Positions 48,938 through 57,237 of a stretch of DNA of 64,000 bases are shown here, piece after piece (within the stretch, counting starts at the first letter, position 1; the number at the start of each line of letters is the position of its first letter). The stretch is taken from the NCBI GenBank assembly GCA_038043045.1, contig JBBTCX010000101.1, positions 373-64,372 of the forward strand, written 5' to 3'. The notes beneath the pieces were generated by a model. It saw nothing but the letters and a program-made list of their open reading frames with translations. It was not told where the DNA came from and ran no database searches. The DNA is from Planctomycetota bacterium. Lineage in GTDB: Bacteria; Planctomycetota; Phycisphaerae; UBA1845. A program made the translations under genes and the position numbers.

Positions 48938-49717
48938 ATGCTAGCAACGAAGACGACCAAGGATATCGGACAAGTGTGGCGCGATTTTAAGGCCACGGGC
49001 GATCGCGCCCTCCGTAACATCCTGATGGAATCCTATCTCACCATTGTCAGATACAACGCCGAGCGCATCGGCGCAAAGCTCCCCGACGAGGTGGATAACG
49101 ACGATTTGATGTCCGCCGGAATTTTCGGACTCATGGACGCCATCGAGGCCTTTGACATGAGTAGGGGCGTTAAATTCGAAACCTATTGTGCGCCAAGAAT
49201 TCGCGGCGCGATTCTCGACGAGCTCAGAAGTATGGACTGGGTTCCCCGATTGGTTCGTAGCCGGGCCCAAAAACTGGACCGCGCCAGCCGCGAAATGGAA
49301 TTCAATCTCGGTAGAGCGCCCACGCAACAAGAAGTCGCCGATCGATTGAAGCTACCTTGGTCGGAGTTTGAAAAGCTCCTTCGGGACGCCAAGGCCGTTT
49401 CGCTGATCTCCCTATCTCGCCGCTTCAACGAAACGGATGCGAACAAGGATGTCTATGAAATCGACGTCATTGAGGACCGACGAGGAAGTAATCCCGTCGT
49501 CGATATCCATCGCAAGGATTTGAAGGAATTGGTCACTCGCGGACTGACTCGCGCCGAGCGATTGATTCTGGTTCTTTATTACTATGAAGAAATGACCATG
49601 AAGGAAATCGGCATGACCCTCGACCTCTCGGAAAGTCGCGTTTCCCAGATGCACTCCTCCATCATGGCCCGGTTGAAAGAACAACTTCAAATTCGCAGAA
49701 AGGAGTTCATACACTAG
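48938..49717 (+). CDS. fliA: flagellar sigma factor FliA (sigma-28 / SigD family)
   Basis: Region 2 is DDLMSAGIFGLMDAIEAFD...FETYCAPRIRGAILDELR. Region 4 is LILVLYYYEEMTMKEIGMTLDLSESRVSQMHSSIMARLK. Confidence 0.9.
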   Translation: MLATKTTKDIGQVWRDFKATGDRALRNILMESYLTIVRYNAERIGAKLPDEVDNDDLMSAGIFGLMDAIEAFDMSRGVKFETYCAPRIRGAILDELRSMDWVPRLVRSRAQKLDRASREMEFNLGRAPTQQEVADRLKLPWSEFEKLLRDAKAVSLISLSRRFNETDANKDVYEIDVIEDRRGSNPVVDIHRKDLKELVTRGLTRAERLILVLYYYEEMTMKEIGMTLDLSESRVSQMHSSIMARLKEQLQIRRKEFIH

Positions 49718-49894
49718 CGTTTCGATTCACTCGAAGTTGTGGTTTTCCGTGTGCCGGCGACAAGTCGGACCGGCTTGCCGGGTTGGACTTGTCCGCTCTT
49801 GAGCATTGGCTTGAAAGCAACGTCTCCGTGTGCGCGGCCGTACGACATGACCGGTAGTCCGTTTGAAACTCACCTCGCATGAAAGGCTCAACCC

Positions 49895-50230
49895 ATGGCC
49901 GACATGCCTCCGCCGATTGCTTCTTCCGCCGCACAAACCTTCGTCCAATCACGACAAATCGCCACCGAACGCGATCAGCGCCGCGCCGAACAGATCACCG
50001 CCGCGCAGCGCCAGACCAAGGCCATCGATGAAGCCGACGTTACCGTCGACACCAACGACGCCGATGAGCGCGTCTACACCGATTCTGAAGGCGCCGGCAG
50101 CTCAGGCCGATTTCTCGAAAATGCGGACCAACCAACCCCCCAACCCGAAGACGATGCCTCCAACACCACCGACGAAAACGGAATCCAACGTTCTTCCGAC
50201 GGCACCATCCACCTAGACCTCCAAGCCTGA
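49895..50230 (+). CDS. acidic, probably disordered 111-aa protein downstream of fliA (hypothetical)
   Basis: This is the only non-low-complexity frame in this interval. It is D/E/T/Q-rich with no domain recognised. The coding status is uncertain. Confidence 0.35.
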   Translation: MADMPPPIASSAAQTFVQSRQIATERDQRRAEQITAAQRQTKAIDEADVTVDTNDADERVYTDSEGAGSSGRFLENADQPTPQPEDDASNTTDENGIQRSSDGTIHLDLQA

Positions 50231-50385
50231 ATGACCATTGTAGAATTCTCGACACCATTGTGCCGGGGTTTTCAATAAAAGCGGTCCCTATCCAGCGCCC
50301 GTTCTTGATACGATGCTTCCAAGTCAATTCGCATTCATGAAAACCCATTCTGCCCTGCGTTTTACTCCACGTCTTAGATTGGTCC

Positions 50386-50413
50386 TTGCATTCGTGCAGT
50401 CACGCGGTACAAT
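50386..50413 (+). promoter_or_regulatory. sigma-70-like promoter candidate (TTGCAT-N16-TACAAT)
   Basis: The -35 is at 50386..50391 and the -10 at 50408..50413. It lies 80 nt upstream of the 50493 start. Confidence 0.3.
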
Positions 50414-50492
50414 GCCGCCGTTCTATCGAATAGGTTCACTGACAGAATGTGCTGGTTTTGCCGGTTGGTTATGACAATTGGAGAATGAGCAA

Positions 50493-51017
50493 ATGCAATC
50501 ACTGCGGAACATTTTCGCTTGCATAGGTCTGGTTCTTTTCTTGGCGACCGAGGTGCAGGCCGTTGCTTTCAAGGTCCACAACCAATCCACCCAAAAGTTT
50601 AGAATGCGAGTTAACGATCGCGGTAGTTGGCGCGAATGGGTGGAAATGCCTCCGGGTTTTTGGGATGTAACTGCACCCAAAGTTACGCGCGAGGACCACG
50701 AGGTCGAAATCGACGTGTTTACTTCCAACACCCGGAGGCCCAAGCCAGAGTGGGTGTCCTTTTACCGTGGGCGTCACGGCAGTCGTGCGTTCACCCGTGT
50801 GCTCCACCTTTTTGAATATGTCGACGTCGGTAAGCAGAAGGCGATCTTCATGACCTGGCATGATGAACCACCAGGATGCCGTGGAAAACCGGTGTTCGAG
50901 AACGGGCAGTTCAAGAATGGATGTCTCGTAAAATCGGGCTGGAGTGATGACTTGTTGAAACAAGCCGCAAAGAAAATTGCCGAGACGGCGATTTACCAGG
51001 TCGTCGGCGGCGGTTGA
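50493..51017 (+). CDS. secreted protein, 174 aa (hypothetical)
   Basis: ORF 50478..51017, with an ATG at 50493 after a GGAG. It has a signal peptide IFACIGLVLFLATEVQA. No domain recognised. Confidence 0.5.
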   Translation: MQSLRNIFACIGLVLFLATEVQAVAFKVHNQSTQKFRMRVNDRGSWREWVEMPPGFWDVTAPKVTREDHEVEIDVFTSNTRRPKPEWVSFYRGRHGSRAFTRVLHLFEYVDVGKQKAIFMTWHDEPPGCRGKPVFENGQFKNGCLVKSGWSDDLLKQAAKKIAETAIYQVVGGG

Positions 51018-51099
51018 GCGTTCCTATTCGGTTTGGAATGACAAAAAGGGTCTTGTTTTGTGCCCCTTCCAAGTTCAAGAGGGCATCGGAGGTGCGGAA

Positions 51100-51462
51100 T
51101 TGCCATCGGAAAACAGCCAACTCTTAACTTTTATTGTCGCGGTCATCATCATCACGGCGGTTTCGAGTTTTGTCATCGTGTTGATCCTCAAGCATTCGGG
51201 TGACAAACTCGAGAAACCGTTAGGCACGCTTTCAGGCCTGTTTGGCACCGTGATTGGAACGATTGGTGGATATTATTTTAGCAACAAGAACGTCAGTTTT
51301 TTGAAAAACGAATTAGGCAGAGAAAAAGGAGACAGGCAGGTTGTTCAGGATAATGTCAATAAGGACTTCCGGGATCTTTATGACGATTACCTAGAAATCC
51401 GTTCCCTTCTTGAGGAGGCGAACAAAAAACTTGAAGAGCGGCCCGCATTAGGAGGGCCGTAG
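51100..51462 (+). CDS. small membrane protein with C-terminal coiled coil (hypothetical)
   Basis: ORF 50977..51462. A TTG at 51100 sits behind a GGAGGTG RBS. It has two hydrophobic segments and then an NKDFRDLYDDYLEIRSLLEEANKKLEE helix. The region looks AT-richer than its surroundings. Confidence 0.45.
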   Translation: MPSENSQLLTFIVAVIIITAVSSFVIVLILKHSGDKLEKPLGTLSGLFGTVIGTIGGYYFSNKNVSFLKNELGREKGDRQVVQDNVNKDFRDLYDDYLEIRSLLEEANKKLEERPALGGP

Positions 51463-51503
51463 CTCCAATAGGTCATTCTTCACCCCGTCGCTATCATACG
51501 CTG

Positions 51504-52343
51504 ATGCGTTTCACCAAAATGCACGGCCTCGGAAATGACTACATCTACGTAGACTGTTTCCGCGAAAAAGTCCGCGATCCCGCGACCCTCGCTCGCGTCA
51601 TTTCCGATCGTCACTGCGGCGTCGGAAGCGACGGCCTGATTCTGATTCAACTTTCCAAAGTCGCCGATGTCCGCATGGAAATGTACAACGCCGACGGTTC
51701 ACGCGGTCAGATGTGCGGTAACGGCATCCGTTGTGTCGCCAAGTACGCCGTCGAGCATGAACTCGCCAAAGGTCCAACGTTGCGAATTGAAACCGACGCT
51801 GGAATCAAACAAGCCGATTGTCGAATGACTCATGGCCGCGTGACCTCCGTCCGCATCAACATGGGGATTCCATCGCTTTCGCCGCGCGACCTTCCGAGCA
51901 CGATCCAATGCGATCGTTTGGTCAGTTATCCCATGATTGTGGCCGGAAACGCTCTAGCACTGACTTGCGTTTCGATGGGCAATCCCCACGCCGTCCACTT
52001 TGTCGAAGACATTGCTGCCATCGATTTGTCCCTCATCGGTCCACGGGTGGAAAACGCGTCTGAATTCCCCGAGCGAATCAATCTTCACATTGTCAAAGTC
52101 GATTCGCCCGATCACGTTACCGTCCGTACATGGGAACGCGGCAGCGGGCTCACCCGCGCTTGCGGAACCGGTGCTTGCGCCGTCTGCGTTGCCGGTGTCA
52201 TCACCGAACGAACCCATCGCTCTATCGTCGCGTCGCTGCCCGGCGGCGATCTCGAAATCGAATGGGCTTCCGACAACAACGTCTACATGACCGGTCCCGC
52301 CGTCGAAGTCTTCGCTGGCGATTGGCCACTTGAAGCATCATGA
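51504..52343 (+). CDS. dapF: diaminopimelate epimerase
   Basis: MRFTKMHGLGNDYIYVD. The catalytic Cys contexts are MCGNGIRC and ACGTGACA. Confidence 0.92.
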   Translation: MRFTKMHGLGNDYIYVDCFREKVRDPATLARVISDRHCGVGSDGLILIQLSKVADVRMEMYNADGSRGQMCGNGIRCVAKYAVEHELAKGPTLRIETDAGIKQADCRMTHGRVTSVRINMGIPSLSPRDLPSTIQCDRLVSYPMIVAGNALALTCVSMGNPHAVHFVEDIAAIDLSLIGPRVENASEFPERINLHIVKVDSPDHVTVRTWERGSGLTRACGTGACAVCVAGVITERTHRSIVASLPGGDLEIEWASDNNVYMTGPAVEVFAGDWPLEAS

Positions 52344-53818
52344 CCCTTCTCGATTCGGCCATTCTTGGTGCATATTTCGTGGGCATTCTTTTTGTCGGCC
52401 TTTGGTTTGGCCGAAAAGAACGCGACACCACCGACTTTTTCTTGGGCGGTCGCCGTCAACATTGGCTGCTAGCCGGTATCTCCATCATCGCCACGGAAGT
52501 CAGCGCACTGACCTATATCCAAGTTCCCGCGGAAGCTTTCCACGGCAACTGGAGCTATCTCCAGATGTACTTCGGCTCCTTCGTAGGCCGCATTCTCATT
52601 CTGTTTCTTCTGCTTCCCGCATTTTATGGCGGCGCGGTCACCACCGTGTACGAATACCTCGGTCAACGATTCGGCCCGTGCACGCGCACGACCGCAGCCT
52701 TGATGTTCTTTGGCTCCCGAATTCTCGGATCAAGCATTCGACTTCTCGCCGGTTCGATGGCCGTCGCCATCGTTTTCGATTGGCCTTTATGGATTGTCAT
52801 CGTCGGCTCCGCGGCCATAGCAATTACATACGCTGCCGCAGGCGGAATCCGCGCGATCCTCTGGACTGACGTTTTCCAGACCGGCATCTTTCTCGGCGGA
52901 GCTATTGCCGTCATCGCGTTCGTTTTTTTCACGACTTCCGGCCAGGCGACCGACTCGCTCGCCGCCGCGTACGACGCGGGAAAATTCAAAATATTCCTTT
53001 GGGATTGGAACCCCAACAACGACAAAGTTTTCTGGGTGCTTTTCATTTACACCATCATTCACAACATGGCCGCTCTCGGCTGCGATCAAGACCTTACTCA
53101 GCGAATGCTGACTTGCCGCAACCTACGGGAAGGCCAAAAGTCATTGCTGTTTAACGCCATTGTCGGTTTTCCCATTGTTTGCTTGTTCCTATTCGTCGGA
53201 ATTGCTCTCTACATTTACTATCAAGCCCAACCTCCTGGCGCTCTTCCCGAAGAGATTCGAAATGTGAAGGACCGTATCTTTCCTTTTTTCATGACTCATT
53301 CTTTGCCTTCAGGGTTACGAGGGTTGCTGGTTACGGCCGTATTCGCCACAAGCATGTCCAGCCTTGCATCCGCGGTGGGGGCACTGTCGTCGTGCGCCGT
53401 AACCGACTTCTATAGGCCTATTCGGCGATGGTTGGCATCGCGAGCATCAGGAGTTTTACCATCGGAGGCCCATTTCCTTCGCGCGGCGAAGATCGCATCG
53501 CTTCTGTTTGGTGTCATCCTCATTCTGGTTGCCTTTGCTTTCGCAGGCCGCGACAAACTCCTTTGGGAGGCTTTCAAATGGCCTGCCCTCTTCTTCGGTG
53601 GAATGCTCGGCGTTTTCCTGCTGGGCGTTACGACGAAAACTCGCGGTCATGATCGTATCAATGTAATTGCGATGGTCACTTCCTCCATCGGCCTCGTCGT
53701 CCTGAAAGTCTGGCAAGAGCAGACGAAAACCGTCTATATCGCCTGGCCCTGGTGGGTCGTGATCGGCACGGCGTGGACCTATCTCTGTTCGCTTACCGCG
53801 AGAACCCGACCCTCGTGA
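52340..53818 (+). CDS. sodium:solute symporter family (SSF) transporter
   Basis: 492 aa with ~13 hydrophobic helices. The N-terminus is TDFFLGGRR...LLAGISIIATEVSALTYIQVP. It has a 4-nt overlap with dapF. Confidence 0.8.
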   Translation: MTLLDSAILGAYFVGILFVGLWFGRKERDTTDFFLGGRRQHWLLAGISIIATEVSALTYIQVPAEAFHGNWSYLQMYFGSFVGRILILFLLLPAFYGGAVTTVYEYLGQRFGPCTRTTAALMFFGSRILGSSIRLLAGSMAVAIVFDWPLWIVIVGSAAIAITYAAAGGIRAILWTDVFQTGIFLGGAIAVIAFVFFTTSGQATDSLAAAYDAGKFKIFLWDWNPNNDKVFWVLFIYTIIHNMAALGCDQDLTQRMLTCRNLREGQKSLLFNAIVGFPIVCLFLFVGIALYIYYQAQPPGALPEEIRNVKDRIFPFFMTHSLPSGLRGLLVTAVFATSMSSLASAVGALSSCAVTDFYRPIRRWLASRASGVLPSEAHFLRAAKIASLLFGVILILVAFAFAGRDKLLWEAFKWPALFFGGMLGVFLLGVTTKTRGHDRINVIAMVTSSIGLVVLKVWQEQTKTVYIAWPWWVVIGTAWTYLCSLTARTRPS

Positions 53819-53947
53819 GACTTAACCAATTACCAATACCTCATGGCCCAAAGAAGTTAAGTAATAGTTTGGGGCGTGTTCAAAGAAAGGAACCTACGCG
53901 TCTTAAAAGCCCACGATTGTCTCGGTTTATTCGAGAATTCAATCTGT

Positions 53948-56320
53948 TCACGCTCGATTCGACCCAACGGCCAACGGATACCGGTTGAATCGCAGCTTGG
54001 CGGCCACGAGCAGTGACAATCCCAACACGATTAGCCCCCAGGTTGATGTCGTGGGAATTTGAACGCACGGGCCGGCGCAGTCGGAATCTTCGCAATCGGT
54101 GAGGCCGTCACAGTCGTTGTCGATTCCGTCGGAGCACCATACGGTGTATTCCTGAGTCGGCATAAGTCCGCAGTCTTCGACGCAGAGGCATCGCTCAAAG
54201 CTCGTGCAAAGTCCGTCGCCGCAACATTCGTCGGGGATGCCGTCGGAGTCTGCATCTTGAGAGGTGCCGTCGGCGATGTCGCAGGCGTCGGGGAGGTTGT
54301 TGGTGTTGCAATCGCCGGTTGTGCCGTTGATGAGTTCGCACGCGTCCTGGAACCCATTGGGTTGACAGTCGATTAACAGCTCTCCCTCTGGGACGGCGAT
54401 ACCGTACGGGAACGGTTGATCGGGGACCAACTCCTCGATGTTGGTTCCGTCGAGGTTGGCGCGATGAATCCCCGCGCCGGTCCAGTAGATTTTTCCGGAG
54501 GCGATGTCGACGGTGACGTCCCATACGGGTTTTGATAACGGACCGACGATGGTTTGAATATTGGTACCGTCGATATTCGAACGACGAATGGTCACCGGGT
54601 CGGTGGCCGCTCCTTCGGACCAGTAGAGTTTGCCAATACCCGGGTGGACGGCGATTCCTGTGGGTTCATGGACGTCTTGGGAAGGAACGATGGTTTCAAC
54701 GGAAGAGCCGTCTAAATTGGCGCGGGCGATTCGATCGATGTTTGAACCTTGGGGTATACTTTCCGTCCAATACATTTTTCCGGCGACTCGGTCGATGGCC
54801 AAATCGTTCACATGTCCCAGGCCTGATAAAATGGTTTGAAGTCCGGAGCCGTCCAGGTTTCCGCGCCGAATTTCTCCAGTCCGATGTGTCCAGTAGATTT
54901 TCCCTTCATCCGTATTCAACGCTAGTCCGAAGGATGAACCTAGGCCGGAGAAGATCTGTTGCTTGGCGGAGCCGTCGAAGTTGGATCGGAATATGCCATG
55001 GTCTGCAAGCCCGTTGCCGGTTTTGGATATCCAATAAACCAATCGGGTGCGAAGGTCCGCGACAATAGCCGACGGACCGAAAAAGTCGGTTGAATCGATG
55101 ATCGCGGGAGGCAAAGCATTCAGATGCAAACGCAAAACGTCTCTGAGTGCATTGTCGGTCCAGAAAATGAAGGCCGGCGGAGCATCGGCCAAAGTTGAGT
55201 CGCAGCAGATGGTCGAGGAACAAGTCGAGCCCGGTCCACGTGGCATGCCGCCTTGGAGTTGGCAGCATTGGGGATCGAGCATGGTGCAGTCGGTTTGAGA
55301 CAGACAACAGGCTTCGGGAAGATGGCAAATAGTCCCCGGCGAATTTGGTGTTCCGCCGGTCGAGCCGCAGCATATCGGGTCGACGTTGCTCGAGCAGATA
55401 CCCACCTCGGAGCAGCAAGATGTTGCGACGCCGCACTGGCTACCCGCGGGTTGGGGGACGCCGTTCATCGCCATGCAGCAGAGCGGGTCAATAAATTCGC
55501 AAGTGCCGCTTGCAAGGCAACATGCCACTTTCGCGGAACAGGAACCGGACGATCGCGGCGTTCCACCGACCGCTCGGCAGGCATCGGCTGTCACCATGGA
55601 GCAACTGTCGTTGGTGAGACAACAGGGGCCGACGCAAGGGTCAGAGTCTTCGCACGACTTTCCAGCGTGAAAGTCCCCGCCGAATGTTTGAGCGCAGCAC
55701 GCTTCAGAAATCGTGTCGCTGGTACAGATGTTGCCGACGCAGCAAGTCCCCGGCTGATTGTTCGTTGTAAGGATCGCGCCGATGTTGGCGACGATGGGGA
55801 TTAGAAGTCCGTTGCCGGGGCCATCATCCCTGAACCGGGTACTGTCGTCGACCACGGGTGGGCTGCTGATGTCAATTGCCGCGGTAAGGAATTGACCTTC
55901 AACGCAAGGCGAGGCTTCATAGGTTATCGTCATGAAATAATGTGGAATATTAGCGGGAAGAAAACAAGGCGGCTCTGAAACTCCGCGGGTGCGGCCGGCG
56001 AAGCAATTCGCTAGGCTTGTCGCGGCCAGTCCGCTGGCGCAAAGGGCCGGAATTCCGGTTGAGCTTGTGGGATCCACGGTGATAAGGGTTCCCGTCAATG
56101 TGCCGGTTCCGTTGTCCAGCAGGCAGGAAACGGCGATCTGACCCGCAACGCTTAACTGGTCCACGTTGCTGGAAACGAAGAACTCAATTTGTATCTCCTC
56201 GCCGCCAACGATGGTGTTCCCGCCGATAGGTACGGCCGTAATGGTCAAAGCGCCGCGAGCCGCCGTGCAAGCCAGGGATAGAACGGAAACTATAACAAGT
56301 CGAACCAGCGGATGCGTCAT
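53948..56320 (-). CDS. large exoprotein with five modules (details in evidence)
   Basis: 790 aa with a GAGGAG RBS and signal peptide LVRLVIVSVLSLACTAARG. The modules in order are: an unnamed N-terminal domain; five ~35-aa CC..C..CC..GG.P..GS.C repeats; a YWTD (LDL-receptor class B) beta-propeller with blades LVYWIS, KIYWTH, KMYWTE, KLYWSE and KIYWTG; a TSP3-like stretch (DSDGIPDEC); and an IPTL-CTERM-like tail, IPTTSTWGLIVLGLSLLVAAKLRFNR. Confidence 0.8.
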   Translation of the reverse strand: MTHPLVRLVIVSVLSLACTAARGALTITAVPIGGNTIVGGEEIQIEFFVSSNVDQLSVAGQIAVSCLLDNGTGTLTGTLITVDPTSSTGIPALCASGLAATSLANCFAGRTRGVSEPPCFLPANIPHYFMTITYEASPCVEGQFLTAAIDISSPPVVDDSTRFRDDGPGNGLLIPIVANIGAILTTNNQPGTCCVGNICTSDTISEACCAQTFGGDFHAGKSCEDSDPCVGPCCLTNDSCSMVTADACRAVGGTPRSSGSCSAKVACCLASGTCEFIDPLCCMAMNGVPQPAGSQCGVATSCCSEVGICSSNVDPICCGSTGGTPNSPGTICHLPEACCLSQTDCTMLDPQCCQLQGGMPRGPGSTCSSTICCDSTLADAPPAFIFWTDNALRDVLRLHLNALPPAIIDSTDFFGPSAIVADLRTRLVYWISKTGNGLADHGIFRSNFDGSAKQQIFSGLGSSFGLALNTDEGKIYWTHRTGEIRRGNLDGSGLQTILSGLGHVNDLAIDRVAGKMYWTESIPQGSNIDRIARANLDGSSVETIVPSQDVHEPTGIAVHPGIGKLYWSEGAATDPVTIRRSNIDGTNIQTIVGPLSKPVWDVTVDIASGKIYWTGAGIHRANLDGTNIEELVPDQPFPYGIAVPEGELLIDCQPNGFQDACELINGTTGDCNTNNLPDACDIADGTSQDADSDGIPDECCGDGLCTSFERCLCVEDCGLMPTQEYTVWCSDGIDNDCDGLTDCEDSDCAGPCVQIPTTSTWGLIVLGLSLLVAAKLRFNRYPLAVGSNRA

Positions 56321-56450
56321 TTTCTTTCTCCTCTAACGGCGCGCACCTGCCCAGGAATGGAGACCCGGCTAGGAATGGTGCTCATTGTACCCAGATTCGA
56401 CGCTCCGTTCAAGTGCGTAGCGGCTTACTTTTTCATAGGGGGTGTGGCCA

Positions 56451-56653
56451 CACTCTTCACCGGATGCGTCGGGCCTTGCATCGAATTGCACTTTCTCGAA
56501 TGAATTGCCGAAAAGCAAGCGCGCGAAAAACCCTGGAAAAACAGGCGTTTCTAGCACTCCATCGCATCGTGTTGCATCGCAAAAGAATCGGAGGAGGAGG
56601 GATTCGAACCCCCGGTACGGTTACCCGCACAACGGTTTTCAAAACCGTCCCCT
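56451..56653. repeat. left direct repeat of integrative element (attR-side), containing the 3' 65 nt of tRNA-Ser as a displaced gene fragment (56589..56653, minus strand)
   Basis: 56554..56653 is identical to 63768..63867 (100/100, hand alignment, offset 7214). 56461..56553 aligns to 63675..63767 with 13 mismatches and no indels. Confidence 0.85.
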
Positions 56654-56717
56654 GAATTCCGTAAGCGACGAAAAGACAACGAGTTATGAAAAGCCGGATT
56701 GCGCGCTGCCGCCTGGG

Positions 56718-56858
56718 ATGCCGTCGGAAGTAGAAATTGACCCCCAAAACGACCCCGATTTGGAGCTTGTGAAATCCAGATGGGCGGCGCTGCCGGAAGC
56801 CGTTCGGGCGCGGATCGTCGGGTTGGTCGAGGGAGCGACGGCGGGAAGCGGGCAATGA
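56718..56858 (+). CDS. 46-aa ORF at element left end, which may instead be the displaced 3' end of the integrase reading frame
   Basis: The ATG at 56718 is in frame with track ORF 56442..56858. The peptide MPSEVEIDPQNDPDLELVKSRWAALPEAVRARIVGLVEGATAGSGQ looks helical. The stop is immediately followed by a terminator hairpin. Confidence 0.3.
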   Translation: MPSEVEIDPQNDPDLELVKSRWAALPEAVRARIVGLVEGATAGSGQ

Positions 56859-56890
56859 AGGGTCGGGCGTCGAGTATGGGACCCTTTTTT
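56858..56890 (+). terminator. rho-independent terminator candidate
   Basis: 7-bp stem AAGGGTC / GACCCTT with a 15-nt loop. The stem runs straight into a T-tract of six (56885..56890), whose first two T's form the stem end. It starts at the last base of the stop codon at 56856..56858. Confidence 0.4.
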
Positions 56891-57237
56891 CCCATAAATT
56901 CGAACCCAAAACCGGCAAAAACGCGACGGTTCTCGTTAGGTTAACCCCCACCCGACGAAGGGGGTGTCACGATCGCGCGGATCGCAAGGCGAATTCGCAG
57001 CGGTTATCTGTGAGGATGATTTCCCGTTATGATCGCGCGCGCGGAGTAACAAGTTTCACGCGCCTACGCGCGAGGGTCGGGACCACTTGTCATAGAGCCG
57101 TCCGCCGGAGACAATCCCGGCGTGCAGCTTGTTCGCTCTTGCAGTTGATTCAAAAGAGCTTTTCCCGCCCGTTCGGCGTGCCATTCCATTGCGAACGGCT
57201 GTACAGCGCGGAACGCGGCGGGTTTGCGCGTGACGGT

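Noticed and set aside
49766-49800. Compound hairpin GACAAGTC...GACTTGTC downstream of fliA.
   Set aside because: The 8-bp stem encloses a 19-nt loop and no T-tract follows. This is not convincing as a terminator.
49863-50216. Alternative 117-aa frame overlapping the acidic ORF after fliA.
   Set aside because: It is a Pro/Ser/Thr low-complexity translation, and the other frame looks more protein-like. Neither is certain.
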